The notes under the pieces were generated by a model. The model was given only the letters and a program-made list of their open reading frames with translations, ran no database searches and was not told the origin of the DNA. A DNA stretch of 64,000 nt from Takakia lepidozioides (Eukaryota > Plantae > Bryophyta), in assembly GCA_030704615.1 (NCBI GenBank), contig CM060732.1:33232001-33296000 (forward strand), in the 5' to 3' direction. A program made the position numbers and the translations under genes. This document shows positions 35,401 to 48,964 of this stretch, piece by piece. Position 1 is the stretch's first letter. Every line of letters begins with the position of its first letter.

Positions 35401-38400
35401 TATTGGATGACTGCTGTTGGTAAGTCCCCCTTCATTATCCTTCTCGTTCCCCAAAAATTGCAGAAGTTTGCTAGGGGTAGAGAAAGGGGGCCTTTCTATT
35501 GCCAGTCGACCTGCTTCGCCTTCTGGGCTGAGACTTGGCTTCTCTATGAAGTACTTCACAAGGTTGGATGTCCCTTCATGACTGGAATTGCTGGCATCCC
35601 ACTCAATTGGGGCATACCAGAACCCACAGACATGAACAGTAGCTGGCCAATAAGCTGCACCCAACACAAATAGTAGGCTGTACAGAACGGTACTCTTTAT
35701 GTAACCAATTTTCACCCTTCCCTCAGAACCATAACTGCGTATATTACAAATAAAATCTCCTAAAACGTGATGTGTACGATCTAAGCGAACATTTTGTCCA
35801 ACTTGAGATTGACTTGACAAGAGTGAAAATACTCACCAGGGCACTCCACCACCTCTGGGCTGAAACCATACCTGTAGCATACACCACCAGACTAAGGACA
35901 AACACAGCTGCTAAGAAATAATGTTATCCCATTCATCAGAGTGGCAATATATAGCGATTATTATTTTGTAGTTTCAGTGTGTAACACATCTACGTTGAGC
36001 ATAGACACTCTTGGCTATTTCTGATAGAGCCAAGGAAAAAGAGAGACAAACCCAGAGCCAGAGAAATAGAGAGTCTTGTAAAAATGGAGAGGCAAGACAG
36101 ACAAAGCCAGAGCCAGAGTCAGAAAAAAGGAACGGCTTACAAAAGCAGAGGAGCACACGGCCAGTCCTGTGCATTTGGGAGCTCCGTCACAGGATCCTTA
36201 AGCCAGAAAAGAAAAAGGACTTTCAGGCCAGGGACAAAACTTGCGAACCAGTTCTATGAACACAAAGAGCTGTCCATGTACCTTTGAGAACAAAGCAATG
36301 GAATCACAATCAGGTTGCTCATGTATAGGTAATCCAAATAAGACTTTTGACAGAATGACTGGCAAAAGAGAAGTGAGTTAGCACATGGTGCGTGTGCATG
36401 TTTGGTTTCTAGACATGGATCTACAGATGGATGAAGGATTCAAAGGACCAACCGTTAGAGGGCAGGAGCTCAGGTGAAGGCGGTTGGTGCGCCAGGCTGC
36501 CCAGCGGTCAGTGAAAAGGGGCCACATCCAATGCATCACCTCCCCCCATCCCACCTGCCTTGCTAGACACAACAAAGATCGACATATGGCTCACTTCACA
36601 TATTAACCCTCTGATTGAACTTCGAATTTGACAGAAAAATCAACTTGTGTTTTTGCTGCCACCTCCAAGGGTTCATGGATCTTACCTCTCCTGGAACAGC
36701 TTGCTGAAGACGCCTGTACAGCAAAGGGTGCACTGAACGAAACCGCCGATCAAATGATGTTGGAGCACTGCAACGGAGATGCTACATGCTTGTCACACAG
36801 ACAACCTATAATGCTCTTAGCACTCTCTCTAGGGCAGCACTCTTGAACTTTCCATCAACATACAAGGACCAGTGGCCAGAATTGAGCACTTGGCAGAGTT
36901 TGTGACAACCTGTATGGCACCACATAGGGAGCCACAACTGCACATGGCACACGGTAGAGCTCTGCCAAGTGCCAGCCTTCCTGCACACCAAGCAGGACAG
37001 AACCAAGGGAAGCTTGACTTGTTCACATATATGTTGAGATGAAACCTAAGTACTCAAGATTTGAGTTTAGTTACAGATCCATGGTCTCCAGCATACAGTC
37101 AGTATGCAGCCATGAGTGGAGTTAGAATAATCAGAAGTTAAATTTAGAAATTACTCTTTTCTCCAGGTTGGTTAGCATCCAAGGTTACCACCGCAGAGCT
37201 GACTTGAACGGATGAAGCTTCTAGGCGGTGTCTATTTAAAAATTGATCTCCAATGAGTCAACCTTCCTTAACAGACACAGATGTCGTAAATTCAGAGACA
37301 ATCTTCAACATGCATTTACCAGGGCGAAAAAATTGAATATGATGAAGTCTTCCTTTCCATCCGGCGATGCCCCCAGCACTTGATCCACAGCCTGAATACA
37401 TTCTTCACGGTGCTGTTCCTCGAGAGCGGCCTTCAAACAGTCAAAGTCTCGCTCACCTGGACCTGGATAGAAATGACATCATGAATGCCGCAACATTATA
37501 TATTTAACCAGAAATTTTTGAGTCTCTGTTAATTCATTCTCTGCGCACCTCCAGACTGAGAGATACTGTATTCTCGGCATCATGCCCACAGATTAGACAT
37601 GGCTCCCCTTTCACAACCGCAAATCATTAGCACTGGGCCACAAAAACATCTCCATTCTCCCCGTTTAGAGGATGGTGGCTTCATGTTGAGTAGAATAAAT
37701 TAGACCAAAAACAAAAATTACCACCGGTTTCCTCGAGTTGTTCATGCCAAGGGTCTGTCGACCTTGCAATTTTGGGCTCCAAAGGACTCTCCTTGCTCCT
37801 GGGGGATGGAACAACGGGAGGGGTTGAGACAGAAAGAAATGATACCCCTGCTTGACTTAGAGACCTCTTTAAATCCTGCAAAACACAGCAGCAGCATTTT
37901 CAGAGTTTGCAACAATAACTTGCATGGACCAAAACTCAAACCAGCAAGGGTTCCTATCAAGGTAAAAATTTTGGGCTACGACTTTCCTGTTAGGAGGAGG
38001 ATGCCCAAATTTATGACCCAGGCTTGTTTTCTTGCCCGGGTATACTTGAAACCTACAATCTTCCATGCAGAGACCTGCTCACATTCTTGAAAACATGCAT
38101 CTTCCAGCAGTGACTTGGAAAACTCCAAGAAGCTAGTTTGGGTACAATGCACTCTTGTCCATTGCTGGGTGGACCAGCTTACAAGCATGTGGTGGACACT
38201 AGAGCATTGACTAGAAAAAATTAACTGTGTGTGTGTGTGTACTTGCAAGATGTAAATGTCTACAACCAGAACACTCTAACCACCTCATGGACGCTTTGCT
38301 GTCGAGAAGGGCAAAAAGGGATAGGGTTACTCATGGTACAGTGCTTGCCATACATACCAAGTCAGGAAAGTATATTATGCCACAATAGCCAAAAATAAAC

Positions 38401-39218
38401 CAGAGTCCTTGTAGAGGACCGAGACATTCATATAATAGAGAGATCCTTGACTGTTGACAAATACCTGATGAGCAGTGTGGGTGATGAAAGTGATAGCACA
38501 ATTTTCCTTGGCCTTGGCTAAAGCTGCTGCCACCACCTGCTTAAACATCAGCCCAGGTCCCTTCCTCTCAACATATTCTTTTGCACTCCCTTCTTCTTAT
38601 CCTTTCTCACTTGAGCACTAGATTAGCAACATCATTTTCCCTACTTTTTAGTGCTGGTTACTGATTTGTACACATGATTTGAAGACATTCTGTGAAATGT
38701 GTAACCCCAACACCCATCTGGAAAGGCTTAGTGGCTCTTGGAAGGATTTGCAGAATTGATCTATTGTGTCAAAACTATCCCAGTTCAAACTGCTGCTAAT
38801 TGGTGACCCATGACTCTACACCAGTCTCGCTACATTCAGGTCAATTACAGGAAAAGCCAGATCTCAGGCAAAAAATGCCAACCCCCTGTCAAGCTTTTCA
38901 TCATCAGCCTGATAGGATTGTACATCCCTGGGCCATTCAACCAACTATCGCTTAGTTAATCCATCTACCAAGTAGGGGTTTACCTGTCCCAAATGCTTGA
39001 GACAACGCCACCGATCACCATTTTCTTATTACATCAATTGAAAGCCACATAAAAAGCCAATCCACGCGCATCCTATGCTTTCTCGGCAGCCTAACAGTAC
39101 CACCTAACAGGAAAAACTCCTATACCAGTGCACTTACAGCTACAGGAAGCACATCCCCCAGCGTTCCAAATGCTAAGACCGCAACCCTGCACTTTCCCCA
39201 CTCCAGGGCCTGTCTCAT
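32457..39218 (-). CDS. GT-B glycosyltransferase, sterol 3-beta-glucosyltransferase (UGT80)-related, multi-exon
   Basis: Spliced exons read MRQALEWGKCRVAVLAFGTLGDVLPVA|VVAAALAK...FITHTAHQ|...HREEC...FNFFAL|EGWHLAE...APYVVPY|SAPTSF...|...HWMWPLF...|YGFSPEVVECP|YWP..VHVCGFW...FVGLSSMG|...|VPYSWLLPRCSMAIHHGGS|GTTAASL..GVPQ|IICPFILDQYYWAERMAWLGV. Start codon assumed at 39218. Confidence 0.85.
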
Positions 39219-40059
39219 CGTTCTTTCTGTCAATGTCGCACATCCGCCGGCTTGCTGGAGTGCCTTGTTGAAGTCGTGGTACTTCTCTACCACTCACAAC
39301 TGACGAAAGAATTTAGTGCATACATATATGCAATTTGGGTTGTAAAGGGCTCAGGGGTTTAGAGTGAGGGTTTATGTTCGGTGTTTTTGCCATAGCGTAA
39401 GGGAGAGTGAGACGAGAGATTTCGAGCAACCAGGGTACGGTACGGGAAGGCAGGCACCATGGATCGTCATGAGCGCTTTCTTTCTCTCTCATGTCTGAGG
39501 GCATGACACCGCTTCCCACCACCAAAAAAGCTTGTAGCATAAATCAGATTCCTAATCAAGAAAATAGAGAAGCTTTCCATTGGAAAGATCATTTCTATAT
39601 GGATTGGATGTTCATGTTTGTGACATGGGGGAATTGTTTGATGGTCAAATCAAAGGGAAGATGTTGAAACTTTTATTGGCTCTGTCCTGCAAGGGATAGA
39701 GGCATTGTGGAGACTTCTTGCCTAGGTGGAGAACGGAGAACTAGGCTTAGAGAGAGAGAGAGCCTAGTCTTTAGAGGGTTGATGGAACCGCAAGGGATAG
39801 ATGCATTGTGGAGGCATCTTTAGGGCGAGAACTAGGCTTATCCATTAAGCCTAGTCTATGGAGGGTTGATGGGAATGATTCATGAAGACCTAGAAAAAGT
39901 ATAAAACAACAACCACAAAATCACCAAAAGACAGGAGCCTCTTGTGGCGGAGCCGCTTGTTTACAAACTGACATGAGGAGACTGTACAAAGTATGGATAG
40001 TTCCCATAGCAAGGGAAGAGTTAACATAAAGAAATGAAAAAGAAAGCATATCAAGCTAA

Positions 40060-42408
40060 TCAAACCAAATGATCATCCCATCCAACTGCCTGAATGACAT
40101 CAGACAAAGAAATGGGTGTGACGTCGGGAAGAGCAGAAGGATGAGACAAAGCCATGCCAGCTACAGTAGCCCGATACGAGATGGACATAGCATGCGCCCT
40201 CTGTAGAGCTACGGAAACCCGTTGTCTATAGAAAGCTACGAAGACAGAAGCATGGGGAATGCCATTGATCTTGTTCTTAGCAGCATGATGAGCACAAGTA
40301 CGAAGAAAGTCGTCGAACTGACGATGAAGACATCCAAAGATCTCGACAACCATTGGAAGAAACGCATTTGTGGGATGACGGTTTTGATAGTCTCATTGTT
40401 TGGTCTGTGCAACAATCAAAGCGGCAGTGCCTTGGGAAGAGGCTGAGCGAGAAAGTAAGTCGGATCGAGTAGGATCAGCAATGACAACATCTGCAAAGGT
40501 GCGCAAACCATCTCGAGATAGGACGATGTCGACTCACCGATGAGTGGACTGAGGCGTACGAGAGGGAAGCATGTGAGTTTGCTCCCGCAATGCATGGAAT
40601 CCAGCCTCTCAAGCAACAGAGGCGACGGCGTCCCGCACAACATCATGAGTCATTGTACGATCTCTTTCACATGGACAACGAAGGAGATGAACAGCAAGTG
40701 GATCAATGGGTTGGTGACAAACACAGCGCTGTAAGCCAAGCACAGAAGGATGTGAGCCGTGGCAAAGATTGGAGACGACAAACGAAACGGTGTGATAGTG
40801 GGTCTTGCTATAAGCCACGCACCTGCCCCTGGTTCCGCGCAAGATAAGAGCCTGGCACGATGCACATCAAAAGATGCATTAGAAATAAATGCTAGAAAAT
40901 GTTTATTGGTGCACGCGATCCACGATGGTCTCCTGGAAGATGGTCCAAGCCCTGAGTAACCAACTGCTCAAATGGCGGAAGGCAAGCCCGCACTGATGGA
41001 TGAAGAAGGTCCCGTGCAGATCGGAGATGTTGTTGGAATGAGAGTGGACCGTTATCCACGTGAGCAATGTTATCCATGAGTAGGGGCCACTGGTCACATA
41101 AACATCGAGACGCAAGGGCTGGAGCAACCAGAGCCCAACTGCTAAGGAAAGCACAAAAAGCTGTGGTGGCAGTGGTGAGTAGACCCACTCTGCCAGCGGA
41201 CATAGGTAAGGTGGCTTGTTGCCGAGGTAAATCCCCTTGGGAACCATCCAGAGCACCAGGCCCCAGTAAACGACCAAAAACCCCCATAATGTGAGCATCA
41301 AACTACGACAAGGACTGCAAGAATTCAGCGGTAAGTGGAAAAGACCGTAAAAGGTACGATGGTCGTTGAATGAAACACCTTGTGAGAGTACCATTGGCAA
41401 CCTGTAGATCCCCAAGCCTAGGAAGGAGCTCAGAATGGGAGATATCCTCTTGAAGTGCGTTTTCCAAAAAAAAAAATTGAAGTGAATGAGGTGGTGCCAA
41501 AATGAACGCCCAAGATCCGGATGTCGTCAGATGGTGTGAGAAAATGGGCAGGTGGCGAAAAGCCAGATAGTAAACCAGATGGAGACCACGCGACACACTT
41601 GCGATGCTGAATGGAGAGCCCCACAGAGATGCAACTAGGTGATGAAATGACTGTAAGCCGGGAGGACCTCGGATGCTGGACCAACGATATGGGTGTCATC
41701 TGCAACAGAAGGGAATAGACAAGAAGCACATGCTTGTGCAGAGGACGTAAGAGCGCATGGCAAAAAGAGGACCTCCTAATGGATCGCCTTGACGAGTGCC
41801 CATCTCCGACTGTATGATATTGTAGTTACATGTGCGAGAATGGTGACTGTAAAATAGGGGAGCACCAAACGCATAGAACAGTCTGACAAAAGGGATAAGC
41901 TGATGAAAATCACCTCCAGCAGAACGGAGCTCCTGAAAGATGGCAGCGCGTGAAACAGTGTTGAAGGCGTTGTTGACGTCGACTTGAAGAACAACCCAGT
42001 CAGGATGAAGGTCAAATGCAGCGCGGATCCCGTGTACAACAGTTTTACAGCCTCCTGGAGTGGCAACGCCAAACTGATGTGGAAAGAGGTGGGCGGAGAA
42101 TGCATCTCGATATTGAAGGCAGATAGAACGGCTAACCAGACAGTAGATGACCTCCCCCACGACAATAAGACGTATGCCAGGACCGGTGTGTTTGGATATA
42201 GCCAGGAGTCGTGATGCCCCAAGCAGGCGTGCCACTGGAGCACGTATGCGACCACTAGCAATATGAAAGCAAACCTGAAAGAGTTGGGAGAAGCCACTAG
42301 CAAAGTCCTGGGGATTGAAGCAGTTGCGCAGATGTTCATACAACAAACCAGATGGACCAGTTGCAGAGAGATACGGACTGCATGTAAAAGCCTTGGTGAA
42401 GATGTCAC
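40060..42408 (-). mobile_element. Degenerate non-LTR retrotransposon with RT and C-terminal restriction-like endonuclease (CRE-like)
   Basis: HQFGVATPGG...QVDVNNAFNTVSR...GTRQGDPLGGPLF (RT). C-terminal HLLRC...THDVVRD and VEIFGCLH...QRVSVALQRAHA. Many frameshifts. Confidence 0.8.
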
Positions 42409-42818
42409 GATCTTTATTTATTTATTTATTTTTGACGTTGCGACACTTCGGCGTCGTAAAAGCGTCACTGAGGGCGCCCCAGCGCCTCTGCGACGCCAGG
42501 GCGTCGCAACAGCATCACCACAATGAGAGTTTTTTTATTGTTTTTTTTTTGGGTTTTGCGGCCCTTAACTTCACAAAAGCGTCGCTGGGGGCACCCCGCG
42601 CTGGGACGACCAACACTGCGACGCCGGGGAGTCGCAATGGTGTTGCCACAGGGGGTTGCAATGATGTTGTAGTCAGCTTAGGACATCGCTTGGGGCGCCT
42701 GGCGGTGGGGGGTGCAAGAACGGCGACGACGCTGGGGCTGGGCACGAAGGTTGTAGAGGTTGCAACTCCCAGGCGTCACAAGAGAGACCCCTTTAGAAGG
42801 AACTTGAAGGAAATCTTC

Positions 42819-42823
<5 letters not shown>

Positions 42824-42858
<35 letters not shown>
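42824..42858. repeat. (TA)n microsatellite
   Basis: About 17 TA units. Confidence 0.95.
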
Positions 42859-42860
<2 letters not shown>

Positions 42861-44070
42861 CTTTTGTGATACATAGATGTAGCGTAGGTGTGTTGATTAG
42901 TCTGTAGTGTCTTAGAAATGTTATAACGTGGAGGTCATAGGTTCAAGTATGCATTGCATGATATATGTAGATCAATGAACATTTGGCAAACTGGATCTTC
43001 CAGAAGAAAAAGGGGGAAGATTATGAACTCTCTGTTGAACGCAGGGTGGAGAGCCAGGCGGGGAGGTAAACAGCATTGGGCATCCATGCACTTCGGTGGA
43101 AGGTCTCTACACAGCGACTCTGGGTTGGTTTGAGTTCGAGTGTACCACTGGTGCTGATTGGAGTTGCGCTGTTGTTGTCCGGTCGCACATGTGCTGATCA
43201 TGAGGCTTGACGGAGAGGGAGGACTGGCCGCTCCTCAGGTTGTTTGGAGATATCAGAACCGAGGTCATGAAGAAGTGGTGTTGGTGCAGGTGATGGCAGT
43301 GTTGGGAGATGTGATCCTGACAATTGCTGTGGTGGGGATACTGTGGATGATGGGGCTGGTGTTGGAGCAGCACGGGGCCTTTGCGCAGGTGTGGGGCCCA
43401 CCCCGGGACGCTGGTCACCGACGCTTCTGCTACGAGGACGTTTGCGGCTGCGTGGACCCATTGCTTGGCAGCTGCCCGATGCCGTGATCGCCATCCAACT
43501 CGAAATCTTCACTTTCCGCTCACTGCTCACCCACCTTCGCTACCGCGCTTTCCTCTCTCCCCTCTTCGCCCCTACTTTCTCTGATCACTCACTCTATCTC
43601 GCTCACTTGCTCACTCTCTATCTTGCTTGTTTTGGGAGAGACGGAGCAATCACTGGGATATCGGTACTTGCCAATTTTGTGGGCAATTTGTAGGAAGAAG
43701 AGACAGAGTAGGAGCAAGGTTGTTGCCACGATTTCAAGAGAGTGTACAACACAAGGGGCTTGTGTCCCAATCCCTGCTAGAAGTGATGGGATCTTAGAAG
43801 GTAATTCTCATGTAGACGTATGTAGAAGGATGAGACTTATATACTTCCACAAAGATGTAGGGAATATTTGGGAATGCAGTCTCTTCAACAGAACAATGAA
43901 AAGAGTCTAAGAAGTATATGTGGGAACAGTTTTTTTTAAAAGATAATATTATTTAACGAGAAACGGTTTGTCTTCCACTCCTCCATTAATGCATCCTCTC
44001 AGACCTTTCAAAAAAAAAAAATGTAAAATAATTAAAAAAAAATGCATCCTCAAGCCTTTGTCACCTGTTT

Positions 44071-47000
44071 TCAAGAAAAACAAGTGCGTCTCCTATGTCG
44101 AGGCCCAAGTGCAACCTCTAGGGTAGCCTCTGCCGTTGGTTGTAGCCCCTGCTCATTTTTCAGGGAAGCAATGGTAGTAGCCGCATGGCGTTGCTGGGCT
44201 TTAAGAAAGAAATACCGAGACATCTTTTCCTCCTTCAAAGACCAATTGATGTCGGCCTTCCTTCTCATGTAAATTTCTTCCTTCGCATGAGTGAGTTTAG
44301 CTAAATTTCTTTTTGCCAAAATGTAAGAATCCCATGTTTGAGAGTAAGCCCAGCCCGATTCCATTACCTTCTGGCATTGAGCTAGGCATTTAAGGAGGGC
44401 CTTCTCTTTCTTATTTCTGTTCATGCCGAAAGATCTAGAAAGCTCTTGAGCAATTTTTCTGACAGCCTCCAGCTTTTAAAGGAAGCGAATCGAGGGAGAG
44501 GCGAAGTCCTGACCAGAAGACAGCCAAGCTTTCTTGATGATCTCAAGATACTCGGGGATAAGGAGAGATCAAAATAGTTGTACCCCCTCTTGAGTCCACG
44601 ATAGAAGGGTTCCACCAAGCTGCATTGCTAGGCCAAAGGGAACAGCCTAAAGCCTAGATTTTAGCTGCATCTAGCTTATGCTCCTGCAGGAAGATAATAG
44701 CATTAGAGCTCCTAAAGTCCCCGGCCCAATGCTATAACCTTCTCCTCTTAGGCATAGAGGCATCAGATCCAATGCCTCTTATATTCCATGAGGTAAGCGG
44801 GAATTCTTGGAAGCCCATGGCATATCCATGACTTGATGGCTTGGGGAACAAGAAGAGCAGTAGATGAATAGGTTGGTCGGGCTGGTCATGTAAAGTTGGC
44901 AACTCCCTTGTGGCCTCGCGGATCGCATGTGAGTCTGCCCAGAAAAAACGGATCCCCCAAAGGCTTGGAGCTGGAGAAGGATAGATCGAAAGTGTTCGGA
45001 CATCCCCATAGCAGCAGGGCTTAAATCTGAGAAGATTGGCCAACTTGCCATCACTGGCGTTCTGCCGTTAATCTGGACAGCCAGGGAATCAACTTAAAAA
45101 CCGAGCAGCACTTCACCATACTGCCTGAAAACCGACACCGCGGGAGAAACCTCCGAAAACAAGAGAGAACCGCACCAGAGCACCACCAGTGATCATCAAA
45201 TACGCACAAATGAGATAGGGAGAGCTGATAAAGGCTCATCGATGGGAGTGCTTGGAAATCCTTCTCCACAGGTGCCAGAGCGACCTCCCTTGCCTCCAAA
45301 TCCCTAATGTTGAAAACTGCCAGTCCATCCGATGAGAGGGGATTTTGTAGCTCCACCTCCAAACCTTTGGTTTTTTCCGATGCCATCAGCAGCTTCCTCC
45401 CAGCAGCATACGTTTGAGCCAGCCAAGGCAATTCCACCGCGGAGCCACAATCAATGGGGAATTCTGAATCAGAAACCCACCTAAACCCCCCCTCGCCTGC
45501 ATCCTGGTCACACACGTCAGAAAAATGCATGAACGGGAGAACCTGTATGGTATAGGGGAAATTAGACAAGTTGTCCTTATCCAGATAGGCCCCGAAGAAG
45601 AGGGCGGTGTCAGCAAATAGAGAAAAAGAAGGGAGCTTAGAAAAGAAAAGCTCAATCACCTTGGACACCACCAGATTGAGCTCGAGAGATGGGGTTAACA
45701 TTCTTATATCCCTGTCAGAGATCCATGAACTATGGAAGGTGGAGAGGCCGGAGAGCAGGATTGAGGGACTTCCACCTGGGAACCCAACAATAATAGGCGT
45801 GATTCTGATGCTTACCACCAAATAACCATTGGGCGGAATAATATCATTTAAGGAGACCTCAGAAAGGACAACATCCGAGAAAGAAGCCAAGTGAGACAAC
45901 AAAAAAGAGGCCAAATTAGGATGCTCCTCACCACCTAGAGAGAACACCGCCGGGGGGGGGGGGGGAAGGATGGATAGTCGCAGAAACTGGTGACCGAGGA
46001 GGCAGCAGAAAAACCTTAGGGCTCACCGAAGGAGAACCAGTGAAAGAGTCCCGAAACCTCTTTGCCGGGGGATGCTCATGAGGGGAGGTGGAGTCCAACC
46101 TTTTTCTCACTAATGGAGAGGGAAGAATGGAGCCCCCTTGCCTAGAAGTCCCCAGCAAGGGGGAGAGAAGAGAAAGATTCATTTACGTTACCATGCAGGG
46201 CAGGGTAGTCCGCCTTAACATGCCCCTCTCGATGACAATGATGGCAAATAATGGAAAGAATTTCCTCCTGGGTCACAACCGAGATGAAGGAGCCATCCAA
46301 AGATGGTAGCTTAATGGTGCGCGGATCTTTGCCTTTTCTGGCATAATGACTACCAACCTGGGAATTCCACTGTCACGATGTTCCTCGAAGTGGCCTCTTT
46401 CGATATCATCTCTTTGTTGCTCAGCGAAAAAGTGGTCATTCGGAAGGATGGAACGAATAAACGGTCCAAAGTGAGCCCCAATTTCAGGCAAAGAGCGCTA
46501 GTAGTTACCTGGAAGGAACGGGAGCGCGATGATGCGAGGCTTACAAGTCACCCCCCCCCCCTTGTGCCCCCATTCGGGAGACCAAGGGAACAAATTTACT
46601 TTGTACCTTGATCTCATGGTGTTGAACTGTAAGGCCTTCTCTGCATGCTCAGCCGATATGAACATGATTGAGTAGAAACCCTGACCGAGCGGAATGCAGA
46701 AGTGGTGCGTGAGACCCCCTGCAGGGCCAAAGTGTTCCTGGGGCCAACGCCTGGCCCAGTATCTATCTCTTGCACGACCTGGAAAGTGAACCAGGATACC
46801 GGTTTCCTTAAGCAATAAGGAGTGCTCTTTCACTATAGCCATGTCCAATTTAAGAATAGGCTGATTCTCATCAATCACCCCTGCGTTCTCGCTCCACAGC
46901 TGAAAAAAGTCCGCCAAGGGATCGAAGGAGGAAGTCGGACCAACCCCCAGAACCCCTAGCCCTTGATGCGAATTGCGAGGGAAATTGTTGTATCTCCTGG

Positions 47001-47205
47001 GAGGCACAACCTGACTGGGCGTGGCATCTCTGCGGTTATCTCTTCTGTGCTGGGGCACAGCTGATATGAAGGAAGCCATAGCAACTAGAGGCGGCTGCAG
47101 AAATGAGAATTCTGACAAGTCGAAAACACACGAGGAAGGCTGAGAAATTTGCGAAGCAAAGGGGTGGGGGAAAGAGGATGAGAAACTAGAGCTGCTCGGA
47201 CACAT
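44071..47205 (-). mobile_element. L1-clade LINE remnant (ORF1 with DUF4283-like region; start of ORF2 with APE endonuclease)
   Basis: IPLGQGFYSIMF...NLFPWSPEW (ORF1). LTSWNIRGIG...IIFLQEHKL (APE). KADINWSLKEEKMSRYFF (ORF2 linker). Confidence 0.75.
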
Positions 47206-48013
47206 CTCGGGAGCAAGGAACCGCCCAAGGGGGACAGGGCCAGACCAGTCAGAGTATTAAAAAGACTAAATCAAGCTGCTCTTGAAAGGCAGGAGAGGCG
47301 GGAAGAAGAGGGTGTAAAGAAGAGCGCCGACAGTTTGTTTGGCAGTCATGAAGATGGCACCGACCTCATGATGTGCGAAAGTCGTCACCAAGAAGCCCTA
47401 GCTGGATCATCGAGACCGTCTTGAACGAACGAAGAAGTTGATCAAGAGGAAGCTGTTCATCAGCATTGCCAAGACAAAGGGGAAGAAAATGAATGAAAGT
47501 GATCAGAAATCACTAGATTTGAGAATGAGACGAAAAAAAGCTCAAAAAAGGAGGAGGAAAGAATCATCAAAGGAGGGAGGAACAGGGAAGAAGAAGAGCC
47601 GAGGCATCCGAGGTCACCACAGCCCAGAACTAAGCTGCTTCACATGCCCCTCGGAGCTCTCCGCCATCGCCACCAACGGTCCCTTGTATAGTAATTATAT
47701 AGGTAGTAAAAATATGGAAGATCACATAATTAGTCTACTAATAAATATTAAGGTAAGAGGATTTGAGCCCTGAATCACCCAGGTGGCACGCACAGTAATA
47801 TCCTATGGACTTTCATTTATGGCACGCACAAGGAGTTGAACGGATGTCATTCATTAAAAGACAGAATATTCTCTTGACAACTGTCTGGATCGAATTGGAA
47901 ATCTAATCGAAAGTATGGGTGCTATAGTAGCTGAAACCCTTTGCGTAGTCCTGCCTTAGGAAGGCAGGGCCAACAAACTTGTTTCTTAAAGACCCACTCC
48001 AAAAGAAGTACAT

Positions 48014-48090
48014 TGGCTGGTAGCTTAGCTGGTAAGTGCACAGCATGTCGCCCTGGTGGTTCGGGGTTCAAACCCGCTGCCCTGCCCCGT
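48014..48090 (+). mobile_element. tRNA-derived SINE head or tRNA pseudogene
   Basis: A-box-like TAGCTTAGCTGG and B-box GGTTCAAACC at tRNA-like spacing. Acceptor and anticodon stems pair poorly. Confidence 0.5.
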
Positions 48091-48733
48091 GTGTGGGATC
48101 GTCTTGTAGGTCTCATGGCCCACAAATGGAAGGGGGTTAATTAATTGGGAGCGATTTCCTTTTCAAAAAAAAAGAAAGAATAAAAAGAAAAAGGAAAAAG
48201 ATACATAAAAATTGAAGCCGCTTGGCCTTCCAGTGAGTCATGTCTCGCAGAACATGAATCATGTGGTTCGGTAAAGGTCCACTGACAGTCTGCCACGTGC
48301 TAGAATTCCTCGACACCAAGTGTTGCCTCAGACAGTGAGCCGGCACACGTGGGAGTGTGGGAGCAGTGGAGGAGTTCATCTCTCGAGCACTTGCGTTGAG
48401 CTGTCCGATTGTCTTAGAGGCAGACCTCACCTGCAAACTTCAATTCCTGTTTGGAGTGAAATCTGTGGCTCTGTCCTCACTCTCTGCTCCTCCTCATACT
48501 CTATTTTTTGAGAACTTTCCCAAGATTTTCCTACGCATCTGGTGACTCCGATACTACAGCAGTCCGGTCTTAAAACAGTTAGCTTTGGATTGATTTGTTT
48601 GTTGCAGGATCTCTCTCTGTCGATCTGCATCTTTATCTCCAATCTCTTTTGGGTTAGCAGTCGAGATTTGTGCTTCTCTTTGAGTGGACCTACTCGCGGT
48701 GCCATACGAATTAGAGCTCAGAGCGGCTGTATA

Positions 48734-48964
48734 ATGGCTTGTCTGCCAATTCCCTTGTGCATAGAGTGCGGGAACACAGACAACCCATGTCGATGCAAGA
48801 TCGTGGGTCCAACACTGGGCTTCCTCGCTTTCTGTGTGGCAGCGATTGTAGAGTGGCCAGTGGGCGCCGTTGTGTGGTGTTGTGACCACAAGGCCGGGCG
48901 TCGCATGATGGAGCAGCCAGCCATGGTGGTTCGACCAAGCATCTCTAAGTCGATACCGTTCTAA
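48734..48964 (+). CDS. Small (76 aa) Cys-rich hydrophobic plant protein of unknown function
   Basis: MACLPIPLCIECGNTDNPCRCKIVGPTLGFLAFCVAAIVEWPVGAVVW...SIPF. I recall this pattern from a conserved small land-plant protein family (not verified). Intact single-exon ORF. Confidence 0.75.
   Translation: MACLPIPLCIECGNTDNPCRCKIVGPTLGFLAFCVAAIVEWPVGAVVWCCDHKAGRRMMEQPAMVVRPSISKSIPF

Noticed and set aside
48014-48090. Functional tRNA gene
   Set aside because: A and B boxes are present, but the acceptor and anticodon stems do not pair convincingly.
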